NCBI GenBank assembly: GCA_049322255.1
Contig: JBMORE010000103.1
Location: forward strand, 1-64,000
Source of the DNA: Myxococcota bacterium
GTDB lineage: Bacteria > Myxococcota > Myxococcia > Myxococcales > Myxococcaceae
Direction: 5' to 3'
Length of the DNA stretch: 64,000 bases
The notes below the pieces were generated by a model that worked only from the letters and a program-made list of their open reading frames with translations, ran no database searches and was not told where the DNA came from. Positions within the stretch are counted from its first letter, which is position 1. Every line of letters starts with the position of its first letter. Both the position numbers and the translations under genes were made by a program. Below are positions 37,945 to 47,396 of this stretch, in pieces.

Positions 37945-39273
37945 CTACTTCAACCGTTCAATGGCGTTTCGCGCGACCGCCGCTTCCGGCCCGCTGGGCA
38001 GCACCTCGAGGTAGCGCTCGTAGTACTTGACCGCCTCCGCGTTCTTGCCCATCGACCGGTAAGTCTCCGCCAAACCCATGATGGCAACTCCATAACGCCC
38101 GTTGAGCTCGAGCGCCCTCTGGAACGCGGCCTCTGCCTGCAAGGTCTGCCCCATGTCCAAAAGCGCCAACCCACGGCCGGCGATGGGCTCGGCGCGGTCG
38201 GGGGAGAGGTCAGCGGCGTTGCCATAAGCGTCGAGGGCCGCCGCGGCTTTCTCCCGCTCGCGCAGCCGGTCGCCCTGGGCCATGTAGAAGTCGAAGTCGC
38301 GCACCGGCTCGGCCTTCGCTGGCTTCACCTCGCTTGCGCCCGCATCGGCCGCCGCCTCTCGCGCCAGCCGTTCTTCCTCTTCCTTCTTGCGCTGGGCCTC
38401 TTGCGCCTCCGCCTCCGCTTTCGCCTTGGCCTCCGCCTCGGCCTTCTCTTGGGCGAGCCGTTGCTCCTCCACCAGCCGCTGGCTTTCCGCCTCCTGGCGC
38501 TGCGCTTCTTCTTGTCGAGGCAGCCAGTAATGGAAGTAGCCGTAGTAGCCACCAGCCCCCAGGGCGACGAGGATAAGGAGGAAGAGCAGCCCCTTGCCCG
38601 CGCCCCCCTTCTTGCGCTGGAAGGCGGCGGCCTCGAGCTCGTCGTCGTCCAAAGGCGGAGGAGCCTTGGGCGCGCGGGTGAAGGCGGGTTCGGGCGAGCT
38701 CAGCCGACCCACCGGAGTGGACCCCGAACGGGGAGCGGGCGCGGGAGGTGGCGGCGGCGGCACCTGGGTGAGGGTCGGCGCGGTCGGAGGCGAAATCACC
38801 GCCGAGGGCTCTTGCGCCGGCGGGTTCACCCGGGTGCCCGCCGGTGGGGTGAGCAGCAACATGCCTTGCAGCTGCTGGGCCTTCTGCGCTTCGTCGACCA
38901 CCTGGAAGAAGCTCGCCAGCTCGGCGATGTTGCCCAGCCGTTTCCAGCTTTCGCCGGTGAGGCTGATTTCATCGTCGCGGCTCACCTTGCGCTCGACGAT
39001 CCACTTCTGGAGCGTGGTGAGCTCTTTGAAGTTGAAGACGTTGCCGCTGGCCTGACGGACCTTCCACTCGCGCGCGCCCCCTACACCGGCCCCGCCGATC
39101 TCGGGCGACGGTTCGCCTTCCCCCGGCCTGACCGGCACCGTCACCACCAGAGCCTTCTTCTTCACCTTGAAGACGTGCCCACACGTGGTGCACTTGACGG
39201 TCACGCCAGCCTCGGTGATGCGCGCGTCGTCGAATTCGTATTCGGTCTTGCACCGCTCGCAGCGGACGTCCAT
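37945..39273 (-). CDS. Zinc-ribbon (MJ0042-type) / TM / TPR protein
   Basis: MDVRCERC...VKCTTCGHVF; GYF-like segment; Pro linker; TM; coiled coil; TPRs. Confidence 0.85.
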   Translation of the reverse strand: MDVRCERCKTEYEFDDARITEAGVTVKCTTCGHVFKVKKKALVVTVPVRPGEGEPSPEIGGAGVGGAREWKVRQASGNVFNFKELTTLQKWIVERKVSRDDEISLTGESWKRLGNIAELASFFQVVDEAQKAQQLQGMLLLTPPAGTRVNPPAQEPSAVISPPTAPTLTQVPPPPPPAPAPRSGSTPVGRLSSPEPAFTRAPKAPPPLDDDELEAAAFQRKKGGAGKGLLFLLILVALGAGGYYGYFHYWLPRQEEAQRQEAESQRLVEEQRLAQEKAEAEAKAKAEAEAQEAQRKKEEEERLAREAAADAGASEVKPAKAEPVRDFDFYMAQGDRLREREKAAAALDAYGNAADLSPDRAEPIAGRGLALLDMGQTLQAEAAFQRALELNGRYGVAIMGLAETYRSMGKNAEAVKYYERYLEVLPSGPEAAVARNAIERLK

Positions 39274-39354
39274 CGAGGGCAAGGCCTACCACGAATTCAC
39301 CGACCTCGTCGCCGAAAGCTCGGGTGCCTCCTTAGGTGGCGGCGGGCCGGAAAA

Positions 39355-39382
39355 TTGACCCCCCTCCCCCCCCTCCTACACT
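39355..39382 (+). promoter_or_regulatory. Sigma70-type promoter of ftsK
   Basis: TTGACC-N16-TACACT about 35 nt upstream of the ATG. Confidence 0.6.
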
Positions 39383-39416
39383 CGACCCGCACAGCTTTCG
39401 ACAGGGGTGTAGTCAC

Positions 39417-42400
39417 ATGGCCAAGCGGGCCAGAAGTGAGAAGTCGGTCCTCTCCAAGCAGGACATCGCCAGCCGCAAGAAGGTGCTCTCCGAGGAGCGC
39501 TTGAAGACCCACGGCGCGGGCAGGCGCGCGCTCTTTGGGGTGTTCGTGCTCGCGGCGTCGGTGATGGCGCTGCTCTCGGTGGCGACCTTCGATGTGCGCG
39601 ATCGGGTAGGCCCGGGCTTTGTCAACGCGGTGGGGCCGGTGGGCCACGCGCTCGCCGAGACCTTGCGCGGGCTCTTGGGCATCTGCGCCTACGTGCTGCC
39701 CGCCTCGGGAATCTACGCGGCGGTGGTGCTCTTCGTGGGCGCGCGTGACCGGCGCCGCTGGCCGCAGCTGTTGTGCCTTGTTCTTCTCTCCCTCTCGGGC
39801 GCAGTGCTCGCGCAGCTGGTGCTCGACGGCACCGGCTGGAGCCACCCCCCCGGCGGCGCGCTGGGCGAGGGCCTGGCCGCAGTGCTCACCGGATTGTTCT
39901 CGGTGGTGGGCACGGTGGTGCTGGTGAGCGCGGTGTGCGTGGCGGCGCTGATCATCGGCACCCAGTTCGCTTTCTTGCGGCTGTGCGCGCTGGCGTGGCG
40001 CGGGGCGAAGCACCTGGGGGCACAGGCGCGCATCGCCGCCTTCGTGTGGTGGGAAAAGCAAAAAGCAGCGCACGCCCTGCGGCGGGAAGCGGCAGCCAAG
40101 GCCAAGGAGCAGGAGGCCGCTTTCCTCGCCCAGCTGGAGGCGGACGAGGCGGCGCTCACCGAGGCCGAGCGCGAGGCGGACGAGGCGGAGAAGATGGCCG
40201 AGGAGGCCCATCGGCTGGCGCGGCAGGCCGAGGAAGCGAAGACGGCAAAGAGGAAGCAGCACCCGAGCCTCGACGTCGCTCGGCCTGAACGGACGACCAC
40301 GCAACCCGAGCTAACAACCGCTCATCCCGAGCGAAGTCGAGGGATGCTGCCCCCGGGAGACCCTGCCTGGGCGCTCACCCTCGCTCCACCCGCACCGAAG
40401 GCCGAGCCGGAGGCGCCCAAGAAGAAGGAGCGCAAGTCGCCCACCCTGGTGACTCCTCCTCCCCCGCCGCCCGCGGCCTTCATTTCCTTGCCCCCCACCG
40501 ACTTGGTCGAGCTCGACGAGAAGACCGCCGCCGCACCGCCCAGCGTGGCCGCTCTCCCAGGGCCTTCTGTGAGCGAGGCGCCACCGGGCGCTTCGCCGCC
40601 GTCGGTTGCCCCCGCGTCCGCCGCGGCGCGCACCCCGGTGATCGTCGAGCCCAAGGCTCCCCCCAAGCCGACGAAGAAGAAGGAGCAAGAGCAGTTCGAG
40701 TTCGTGGGCGACCGCAAGCACTTCGCCGCGCCGCCTCTGGACGTGCTCGAATTGGACAAGAAGGAACGCACCGCCCTGGACAAGGAGGCCTTCTTCTCCA
40801 CCGCGGAGAAGCTGCGCGCCAAGCTGGCCGACTTTGGCATCGACGGCGAGGTGGTGGAGATTCGCCCCGGGCCGGTGGTGACGATGTACGAGTTTCTCCC
40901 CGGGCCGGGAATCAAAATTTCCAAGATCGCCTCCCTCGCCGACGACCTGGCGATGGCCATGGAGGCGATGCGGGTGCGCATCGTCGCCCCCATTCCCGGC
41001 AAGGGCGTGGTGGGCATCGAGGTGCCCAACAAAGACCGCGAGACGGTGTACTTGAAAGAAATCGCCGAGCAGGACGCCTTCCAGAAGTCGCCCTCCCGGC
41101 TGACGATGTGCTTGGGGAAGGACATCGAGGGCATGCCCTATGTGCTCGACCTGGCCAAGGCGCCGCACCTGCTCATCGCCGGCACCACCGGCAGCGGCAA
41201 GTCGGTGGCCGTCAACTCGATGATCATGAGCATTCTCCTCAAGAGCACGCCCGAGGAGGTCCGCTTCATCATGGTGGACCCCAAGATGCTCGAGCTGTCG
41301 GTGTACGAAGGCATTCCCCACCTGCTCTTGCCGGTGGTGACCGACCCCAAGAAGGCGGCGCTGGCCCTGCGCTGGGCGGTGGAGGAAATGGAGCGGCGGT
41401 ACCAGATGCTCGCCGACGCCGGCGTGCGCAACATCGCCGGCTACAACAAGTTGGTGGAGAGCCAAGACGCGCCCAAGACGGAGAAGAAGGAAAAGAAGCC
41501 CGAGGAGGAGGTGGTGGAGGCCGCCGCCGTGCCTGCGCCCAAGCCCCCGCCTGCGCCCGCCGCGCCGTCAAAGAAGCGCAAGCTCCTCATCGTCGACGTG
41601 GCCGACGGAGAGAGCGAGGAGGAGGCGCTGAAGCGTAACCAGATGCCCGCGCTGGGAGTGGCCGCGCCCAAGGACGAGCCCGAAGACGTGCGGGAGGCGG
41701 TCAGCGCCGAGGTGGAGGCGGAGGTGAAGGCCGCCCAGACCGAAGCGGAGATTCGCGTCGACGAGAGCGTTCTTCCCGAGCAGGGCACGCCCGCGGTGGA
41801 GGCCGCCGCCGAAGAGAAGAGCGAGCGGAAGAAGCTGCCCTACATCGTGGTCATCATCGACGAGCTGGCGGACTTGATGATGGTCGCCTCGCGCGAGGTG
41901 GAGACGTACATCGCCCGGCTGGCGCAAATGGCGCGCGCCGCGGGCATTCACCTCATGGTGGCCACCCAGCGCCCCTCGACCGACGTCGTCACCGGGGTGA
42001 TCAAGGCCAACTTCCCCACCCGCATCAGCTTCATGCTGCGCAGCAAGCCCGACTCGATGACCATCTTGGGAACCATCGGCGCCGAGGCGCTCTTGGGGAT
42101 GGGCGACATGCTCATCATGCCGCCCACCAGCGCACACCTGCAGCGCGTGCACGGGGCCTTCGTCTCCGAGACCGAGATCAAGCGCGCGGTCGACCACCTC
42201 AAAGCGCAAGGCAAGCCGGTGTACGACGAGAGCATCTTGAAGGCGCGCGAGGAAGAGTCGGAGGGCGGCGGCGAGGAGGACGAGCTCTCCGACGAGCTGT
42301 ACGACCAAGCCCTCGCCGCGGTGAGCGAGATGCGCACCGTGTCCATCTCCATGCTGCAGCGAAAGATGCGCATCGGCTACAACCGCGCCGCGCGGATGAT

Positions 42401-42506
42401 TGAGCGCATGGAGCGCGACGGAGTGGTCGGCCCCGCCGATGGCGCCAAGCCCCGCGAGGTGCTGATTCGCCCGGTGGGCGAGATGCCTGGCGCCGGAGCG
42501 ATGTAA
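39417..42506 (+). CDS. ftsK: DNA translocase FtsK
   Basis: 4TM N-terminus; PHLLIAGTTGSGKS, DPKMLEL, IDELADLM, ATQRPS; gamma domain LQRKMRIGYNRAAR. Confidence 0.97.
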   Translation: MAKRARSEKSVLSKQDIASRKKVLSEERLKTHGAGRRALFGVFVLAASVMALLSVATFDVRDRVGPGFVNAVGPVGHALAETLRGLLGICAYVLPASGIYAAVVLFVGARDRRRWPQLLCLVLLSLSGAVLAQLVLDGTGWSHPPGGALGEGLAAVLTGLFSVVGTVVLVSAVCVAALIIGTQFAFLRLCALAWRGAKHLGAQARIAAFVWWEKQKAAHALRREAAAKAKEQEAAFLAQLEADEAALTEAEREADEAEKMAEEAHRLARQAEEAKTAKRKQHPSLDVARPERTTTQPELTTAHPERSRGMLPPGDPAWALTLAPPAPKAEPEAPKKKERKSPTLVTPPPPPPAAFISLPPTDLVELDEKTAAAPPSVAALPGPSVSEAPPGASPPSVAPASAAARTPVIVEPKAPPKPTKKKEQEQFEFVGDRKHFAAPPLDVLELDKKERTALDKEAFFSTAEKLRAKLADFGIDGEVVEIRPGPVVTMYEFLPGPGIKISKIASLADDLAMAMEAMRVRIVAPIPGKGVVGIEVPNKDRETVYLKEIAEQDAFQKSPSRLTMCLGKDIEGMPYVLDLAKAPHLLIAGTTGSGKSVAVNSMIMSILLKSTPEEVRFIMVDPKMLELSVYEGIPHLLLPVVTDPKKAALALRWAVEEMERRYQMLADAGVRNIAGYNKLVESQDAPKTEKKEKKPEEEVVEAAAVPAPKPPPAPAAPSKKRKLLIVDVADGESEEEALKRNQMPALGVAAPKDEPEDVREAVSAEVEAEVKAAQTEAEIRVDESVLPEQGTPAVEAAAEEKSERKKLPYIVVIIDELADLMMVASREVETYIARLAQMARAAGIHLMVATQRPSTDVVTGVIKANFPTRISFMLRSKPDSMTILGTIGAEALLGMGDMLIMPPTSAHLQRVHGAFVSETEIKRAVDHLKAQGKPVYDESILKAREEESEGGGEEDELSDELYDQALAAVSEMRTVSISMLQRKMRIGYNRAARMIERMERDGVVGPADGAKPREVLIRPVGEMPGAGAM
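40268..40342. repeat. 75-bp inverted-repeat (MITE/REP-doublet-like) element in-frame in the ftsK linker
   Basis: Arms CCTCGACGTCGCTCGGCCTGAACGG and CCGCTCATCCCGAGCGAAGTCGAGG are reverse complements at 21/25 positions. Confidence 0.75.
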
Positions 42507-42581
42507 CAGGCGAAGCCACCTGGGGTTGCCGCCGCCCATGCGCGTCCTGTTACGATTATCGGCAGACCACGGGAGGGTGTC

Positions 42582-43160
42582 ATGCCGCCGAACAGGATCC
42601 GAATTTCCGATTTCGTCAAGGCCAGCCGAAGGTACGTGGAGAGCCGCACCGCCAAGGCAGACCGAAACCGCGACGGCTATCTCACCGTCTCCGAGGCCAA
42701 GAAACTGCCCAAGGACCTTCAAGACAATTTCCGGAGCTACGTGAAGGGTGCGGCTCCATCAGGAGGCAGCCGCCCCGCGGGGCCGAAGGACCAAACACCG
42801 CAAAGCCGCATCGCCAAGCACCTCGCTGCCTACGGTCAGCACCGCGTCTCGTACCCGGTGGCTTTCCAGAAAGCGGTCGCGGCGGTGTTGACCCAGGAAG
42901 GCGACTCCGAGTCACCGCGGTCGATTCTGAAGGAGTTCTGGCCGGGCGGACGCCGTCCGACCGACGCCCAGCTTCGGGCCGAGCTTCGCCAAAAGCTCAA
43001 GGGGCTGGAGCTCCTGCCGGTGGGAAAGGCCGAGGAGGCCGCAGGCCAGCCGAGCAAAGACTGGATTTTTCGGGTGGACATCGACGTGGGCAGCGACCAC
43101 GGATTCTGGGTGGCGGTGAACCGCCAATCGGGCAAGGCCGTGGTGAACGGCTTCAACTGA
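42582..43160 (+). CDS. Hypothetical protein with EF-hand-like loop
   Basis: GGAGG RBS; DRNRDGYLTVSE. Confidence 0.7.
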   Translation: MPPNRIRISDFVKASRRYVESRTAKADRNRDGYLTVSEAKKLPKDLQDNFRSYVKGAAPSGGSRPAGPKDQTPQSRIAKHLAAYGQHRVSYPVAFQKAVAAVLTQEGDSESPRSILKEFWPGGRRPTDAQLRAELRQKLKGLELLPVGKAEEAAGQPSKDWIFRVDIDVGSDHGFWVAVNRQSGKAVVNGFN

Positions 43161-43291
43161 CCGTCCACCCGCCCACGAGACGCCGAGGGTCAATCACCCG
43201 GTGGTGATTCGCCCCTTGCCGTCGGTGGCGCGGGCCTTTCTGACGCCCTCCACCTCTTGCTATCGTCCAAGGTGCCCGAACGGTTCTTGGT

Positions 43292-44143
43292 TTGAGTTTT
43301 TTCTTCGCCCGGTTCTTCGACCATCGAGGGTGTGCCTTGGCTTCCAAAAAAACGTGGCGCGCGCTGGCCGTGCTGTTGCTCGCGCCTGGGTCTGTGGCTG
43401 CCGGAGTGCGGCCGTATGCGTTCACCTACGGAACGGACATTCTGCCCGACTCGATGATCGAGCTCGAGACCTGGGTCGATTTCAAAGGTCCAAACCTCAA
43501 AAGGAGTCGCGGAACGAGGTGGGATTTTTGGGTCGGGCCGGTCATGGGGTTCAACGAGAATCTCGAGATCGGGTTCTACGCGCTCGTTCGACAAGAGCCG
43601 AAGTCGTTTGCGAGCGATGTCGCGCCCCTTCAATTGAATTCGTTGCGGCTCCAAGTGAGCTACTTGCTCGCTCCCAAGGGGTCCTGGCCGGTCGACGTCA
43701 AGCTGCTGGGAGAAATCGCCGCGCCGGCCTATCGGGGCAAAAGCACTGAAGGGTGGCTCACCGCCATCGTTTCCCGCGACTTTGGCAAGCTCAACCTCAC
43801 GCTGAATGCGGGTTGGTGGGCTGACTTCGATTTCGACGGCGTGCCCTCGAACTTTTACTCGGAGAACCCCGTCATCCACTGGCAGCACAACATGATCGCC
43901 GCGTCCTATGAGCTTCCCTTCGGGGTGCGGTTGGGAGGCGAGTTCTTTGGCGAGTTTCGCTTCGCCAGCGGCGGCTGCTCCCGAGTAGGGACGGGAGTCT
44001 GCCGGACCAGCCGCCCCTACTACCTCGGCCCATCGGTCGGGTACGCGAAGGGACAAATGTGGGTTTCTGGCGCGCTGGGGTTCGCCACCAGCAAAGATGC
44101 GTCGCTTCGCAACGGAAGAATCATTCTAGGGGTGGTGCTCTGA
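43292..44143 (+). CDS. Hypothetical secreted protein, probable outer-membrane beta-barrel
   Basis: Signal-like ALAVLLLAPGSVAA; aromatic amphipathic strands; start uncertain. Confidence 0.6.
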   Translation: MSFFFARFFDHRGCALASKKTWRALAVLLLAPGSVAAGVRPYAFTYGTDILPDSMIELETWVDFKGPNLKRSRGTRWDFWVGPVMGFNENLEIGFYALVRQEPKSFASDVAPLQLNSLRLQVSYLLAPKGSWPVDVKLLGEIAAPAYRGKSTEGWLTAIVSRDFGKLNLTLNAGWWADFDFDGVPSNFYSENPVIHWQHNMIAASYELPFGVRLGGEFFGEFRFASGGCSRVGTGVCRTSRPYYLGPSVGYAKGQMWVSGALGFATSKDASLRNGRIILGVVL

Positions 44144-44198
44144 CGGTTTGGCGGACGAGGTTGCGCCTTGAGGCCCAAGACAGGCACAGTGCCTTCCA

Positions 44199-45452
44199 AT
44201 GCCGCTCAAGCTTCAGCCCAGTCCCTCCCGCGCCATTCGGGCCGCCACCGCCGTTCGTCGCAGCACCGGGCCGGAGGGCATCGAGGCCCTGCTCACCCCG
44301 CGGGAGGTCGACCGGGTGCGCTCCCTCTTCCAGCGCGCACCCAAGGCGGTGCGCGAGGAGCTGCAAAAGTTGCTCGCCGTCCCCCGCGAGGGAGCAAGCC
44401 TTCGACGCGGGCTGCTGCTGCGCGCGATGGCCGCTCGCGCCGACGCGCTTCTTTCCGGCCAGCGTTTGCCCGAGCTGCGCGCCTTCGCCTCCCGCTTGGG
44501 CACGCTGACGGCGGCGAAGCTGCGGGAGAAGGCCACCGCGCTCGACCTCGACTCGCGCCACAGCTCCAGCGCCTTCGACCCTTCCGCGCTCTGGGACAAC
44601 CAGGGGCTCATCCGCGACCGCGGCGGCAACGACCAAGCAACGGACAACGACGGGCTCTTCCAACGCTTCACCGCCTCCTGCGGCCCCACCGTGGTGCAGA
44701 TGATGATCGCCGAGGCCGACCCGGTCGCCGCTTTCGCCCTTCACGACGCCGGGCTCACCTCCGATGCGACCCACGATGGGGTGGCCGCTTTTCAAAAGAA
44801 GCTCCTCCGCGAGCTGGGCGGCGTCGCCATCGGCCGCCGGGAGGTGCAGCTTCGCGCGCGGCTGGGCAATGCGATCGGCCGGCTGCGCCGCTCACGAGAA
44901 TTGAACGCCGCCGAGGCGAACGCCCTTTCCCGCTACGCCCTCGACCAGGGGCCACTCGACGAGAAGGCCAAGCACGCGCTGGGGGTGGTGCGCTCGACGT
45001 TCAAAGGCTTCCCTGACGCCAAGAGCCTGGCGCGGCTACGGAAAGAGTCGCTGCCGCGCTCCGATGAGGGCATCGGCACCGAAGATTTCTTACGCGTGCT
45101 CAACCGCCACGTCGCACCTCTCACCGGCGCTCGGTACGCGCTCACCTCTCCGCCCGACGGCTTCGCCCGCGGCCAAGCGTGGCGCCACCTGGACTCAGTG
45201 GAGAAGGCGCTGCGGCGCGGCTTCGACGTGCCCTTCGGAATCGACGAGCCCGCGCACTGGATGCTGCTCACCGCGGTGCGCGGCAAGGCCCCTGACCGCG
45301 CCTTCCTCGTCTCCGACCCCGACGGCGGCCGCACCACCTGGGTGACGGAGAAAGACTTGGTGAGCGGTGTCTTCGGAGAGCGTCCGTTCCAACTGAACCG
45401 CAAAGGCGAACGGCCGTACGTCGACTGCTTCTTGCTGCCCGTCGTGGGATGA
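44199..45452 (+). CDS. Hypothetical protein with papain/C39-like Cys-His-Asp motifs
   Basis: FQRFTASCGPT, AHWMLL, VSDPD. Confidence 0.6.
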   Translation: MPLKLQPSPSRAIRAATAVRRSTGPEGIEALLTPREVDRVRSLFQRAPKAVREELQKLLAVPREGASLRRGLLLRAMAARADALLSGQRLPELRAFASRLGTLTAAKLREKATALDLDSRHSSSAFDPSALWDNQGLIRDRGGNDQATDNDGLFQRFTASCGPTVVQMMIAEADPVAAFALHDAGLTSDATHDGVAAFQKKLLRELGGVAIGRREVQLRARLGNAIGRLRRSRELNAAEANALSRYALDQGPLDEKAKHALGVVRSTFKGFPDAKSLARLRKESLPRSDEGIGTEDFLRVLNRHVAPLTGARYALTSPPDGFARGQAWRHLDSVEKALRRGFDVPFGIDEPAHWMLLTAVRGKAPDRAFLVSDPDGGRTTWVTEKDLVSGVFGERPFQLNRKGERPYVDCFLLPVVG

Positions 45453-47005
45453 ACCACTTCCTCTCCGGCATTCTCAAGCTGGCGTTGCTCGAGGGCCAGG
45501 CCGCCACCTTGGTGACGGACCGGCTCCTGGGCGAGCGTTTCGTGAAGGGCCGCCGCTGGGCGTTCGTGGTCTTCGCTGCCTTGGCCACCTTCGCCTGGTG
45601 CAACTACGGCGCCTTCCGCGGCAACGGCCAGCTGGTGCACCAGTGGGAGCAGTTCCACTTCTACTTAGGCGCCAAGTACATCGAGGAGGTAGGCAACTTC
45701 GACCTCTACAAGGCGGTGCTCTTGGCCGACCGCGAATCGGCACGCGCGCTGGTCGGCTTGACCACCACCCGTGACTTGCACACCTTCGAGGTCATTCCGG
45801 TGGAGCAGGCGCTGGAGGACGCTCCCCGGGTGCGCGCCCGCTTCACCGACGCGCGCTGGGAGGAGCTCAAACGCGACTGGGAGTTGCTTTTGCGCACTCC
45901 GGCCTCCTGGCCCAACATCCTCAACGACCACGGCAACACCAGCTCCCCGGCGTGGGCCCTCCTCGCCCACCCGCTCGCCGAGCTTTTTTCGCCCACCCGC
46001 GCCGCGCAGGTCTTCTTCGCCTGCCTGGACTTCGCCCTGCTCATCGGCCTGTGGTGGTTTGCCTTTCGCACCTTCGGCACCCAGTTGGCGGCGGTGGCGC
46101 TCACTGTCTTCGCCTCGGTGCCCATCTGGTTCGACTACCTCGCGGGGAGCTTCCTTCGGCAGGACTGGACCTTCGCCATCGGAATGGCGCTGTGCTTCCT
46201 CCACAAAAAGCGTTACGCCACCGCCGGCGCCTTCTTCGGCTTCGCGGTGGCCACCAAACTCTTTCCGCTCTTCTTTGGAGTGGCGCTGCTTTTGCGCGCG
46301 CTCCTCGAAGTGGTGCGGGAGCGAAAGGTTCCTTCCCGCTACGTGCGCTTCGGGGTGGGAGCGCTTTCCTGCCTCGCCACCTGCATCCTTCTCTCCTCGG
46401 CGATGTTCGGCGGGCCCAAGGTGTGGCGCGAGTACAAAGAGCGCATCGACGTCACCCGGGGGGAGAAGTTCTACGCCAACCAGTACTCGCTGCGGACGGT
46501 GTTTCTCCAGGTGGCCACCAGCTCACCGGCGCAGTTCCTCTCCTGGCCCTTCGCTCCCGCCGCCATTCATCAAGGCGCGCCACAGGTGAAGCTCTCCGAT
46601 TTCCGGGTGCGCTTCTTCTTGGTGCAAATGCTCTTCACCCTCTTGGTCGCCCTCACCCTCGCCCGCGCCGACGACGTGAGCGCCTTCGCCATGGGCCCGC
46701 TCCTGGTGTTCACCTGGGTGGTGGTGAACATGTACTACTGGAACATGCTCGGCTTTCTCGCGTTGGGGCTGGCGCGGCGCAAAGACCGCTCTTCGTTCTT
46801 CGCCCTCTTGGGCCTGCACGCCATCCTCGCGCTCTTCTACCTCTACCAGCACACCAACCACGGCTACGCCGAGGGGTACTTCGTCGCTCTCTTGCTGTGC
46901 ATCGGCCTCGTCGGCTTCGCCGCCGCCGAAGTCGTGGTGCTCTGGCGCGAGCGATTTTTCCCGGCGATGCTGCTTCGTCCCAAACCACCCTCACCGCCGC
47001 CATGA
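45449..47005 (+). CDS. Polytopic membrane protein, GT87/DUF2029-like
   Basis: About 11-12 TMs; ATKLFP motif; NQYSL loop; ATGA overlaps at both ends. Confidence 0.6.
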   Translation: MNHFLSGILKLALLEGQAATLVTDRLLGERFVKGRRWAFVVFAALATFAWCNYGAFRGNGQLVHQWEQFHFYLGAKYIEEVGNFDLYKAVLLADRESARALVGLTTTRDLHTFEVIPVEQALEDAPRVRARFTDARWEELKRDWELLLRTPASWPNILNDHGNTSSPAWALLAHPLAELFSPTRAAQVFFACLDFALLIGLWWFAFRTFGTQLAAVALTVFASVPIWFDYLAGSFLRQDWTFAIGMALCFLHKKRYATAGAFFGFAVATKLFPLFFGVALLLRALLEVVRERKVPSRYVRFGVGALSCLATCILLSSAMFGGPKVWREYKERIDVTRGEKFYANQYSLRTVFLQVATSSPAQFLSWPFAPAAIHQGAPQVKLSDFRVRFFLVQMLFTLLVALTLARADDVSAFAMGPLLVFTWVVVNMYYWNMLGFLALGLARRKDRSSFFALLGLHAILALFYLYQHTNHGYAEGYFVALLLCIGLVGFAAAEVVVLWRERFFPAMLLRPKPPSPPP

Positions 47006-47355
47006 ACGACCCCGACACCGCCGCTGAGATGTTCCCTCTCCTTCACGGGCCGCTGGCCGATATCAAGGAGGTCGCTGCCCTCTGCGAAGAGGCGGGCATC
47101 GACGTCGCCCTGGGCAGCGAGGCTTGCGACAAACCCAACTGCACGCCCAAGTTCCAGCTCCTCGCACGCAAGGAAGACGCGCCCCGAGTCGAGGCCCTGC
47201 TGCGCGAACGCTGGACCAAGGGCCTGGAGGCCGACGGACTTTCACCGGTGGCCTACGAGGACTTGGGCGAAGGCGAGCCGCCCTGCCCCGCCTGTGGCAC
47301 CGCGGCGCCGCTGGTGGGTGGAGCGTGCAGCGACTGCGGGCTGCAGCTGGAGTGA
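47002..47355 (+). CDS. Small zinc-ribbon protein
   Basis: CPACG...CSDCGL at C-terminus; CDKPNC. Confidence 0.75.
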   Translation: MNDPDTAAEMFPLLHGPLADIKEVAALCEEAGIDVALGSEACDKPNCTPKFQLLARKEDAPRVEALLRERWTKGLEADGLSPVAYEDLGEGEPPCPACGTAAPLVGGACSDCGLQLE

Positions 47356-47360
47356 ACACG

Positions 47361-47394
47361 CCCCTCACCCCAACCCTCTTCCAGAGGGAGAGGG
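47361..47394 (+). repeat. REP-like palindromic element, copy 6 (between convergent genes)
   Basis: CCCCTCACCCCAACCCTCTTCCAGAGGGAGAGGG. Confidence 0.9.
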
Positions 47395-47396
47395 GG

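Noticed and set aside
37441..39504. 687-aa plus-strand ORF
   Set aside because: Antisense to three motif-bearing genes; a high-GC artefact
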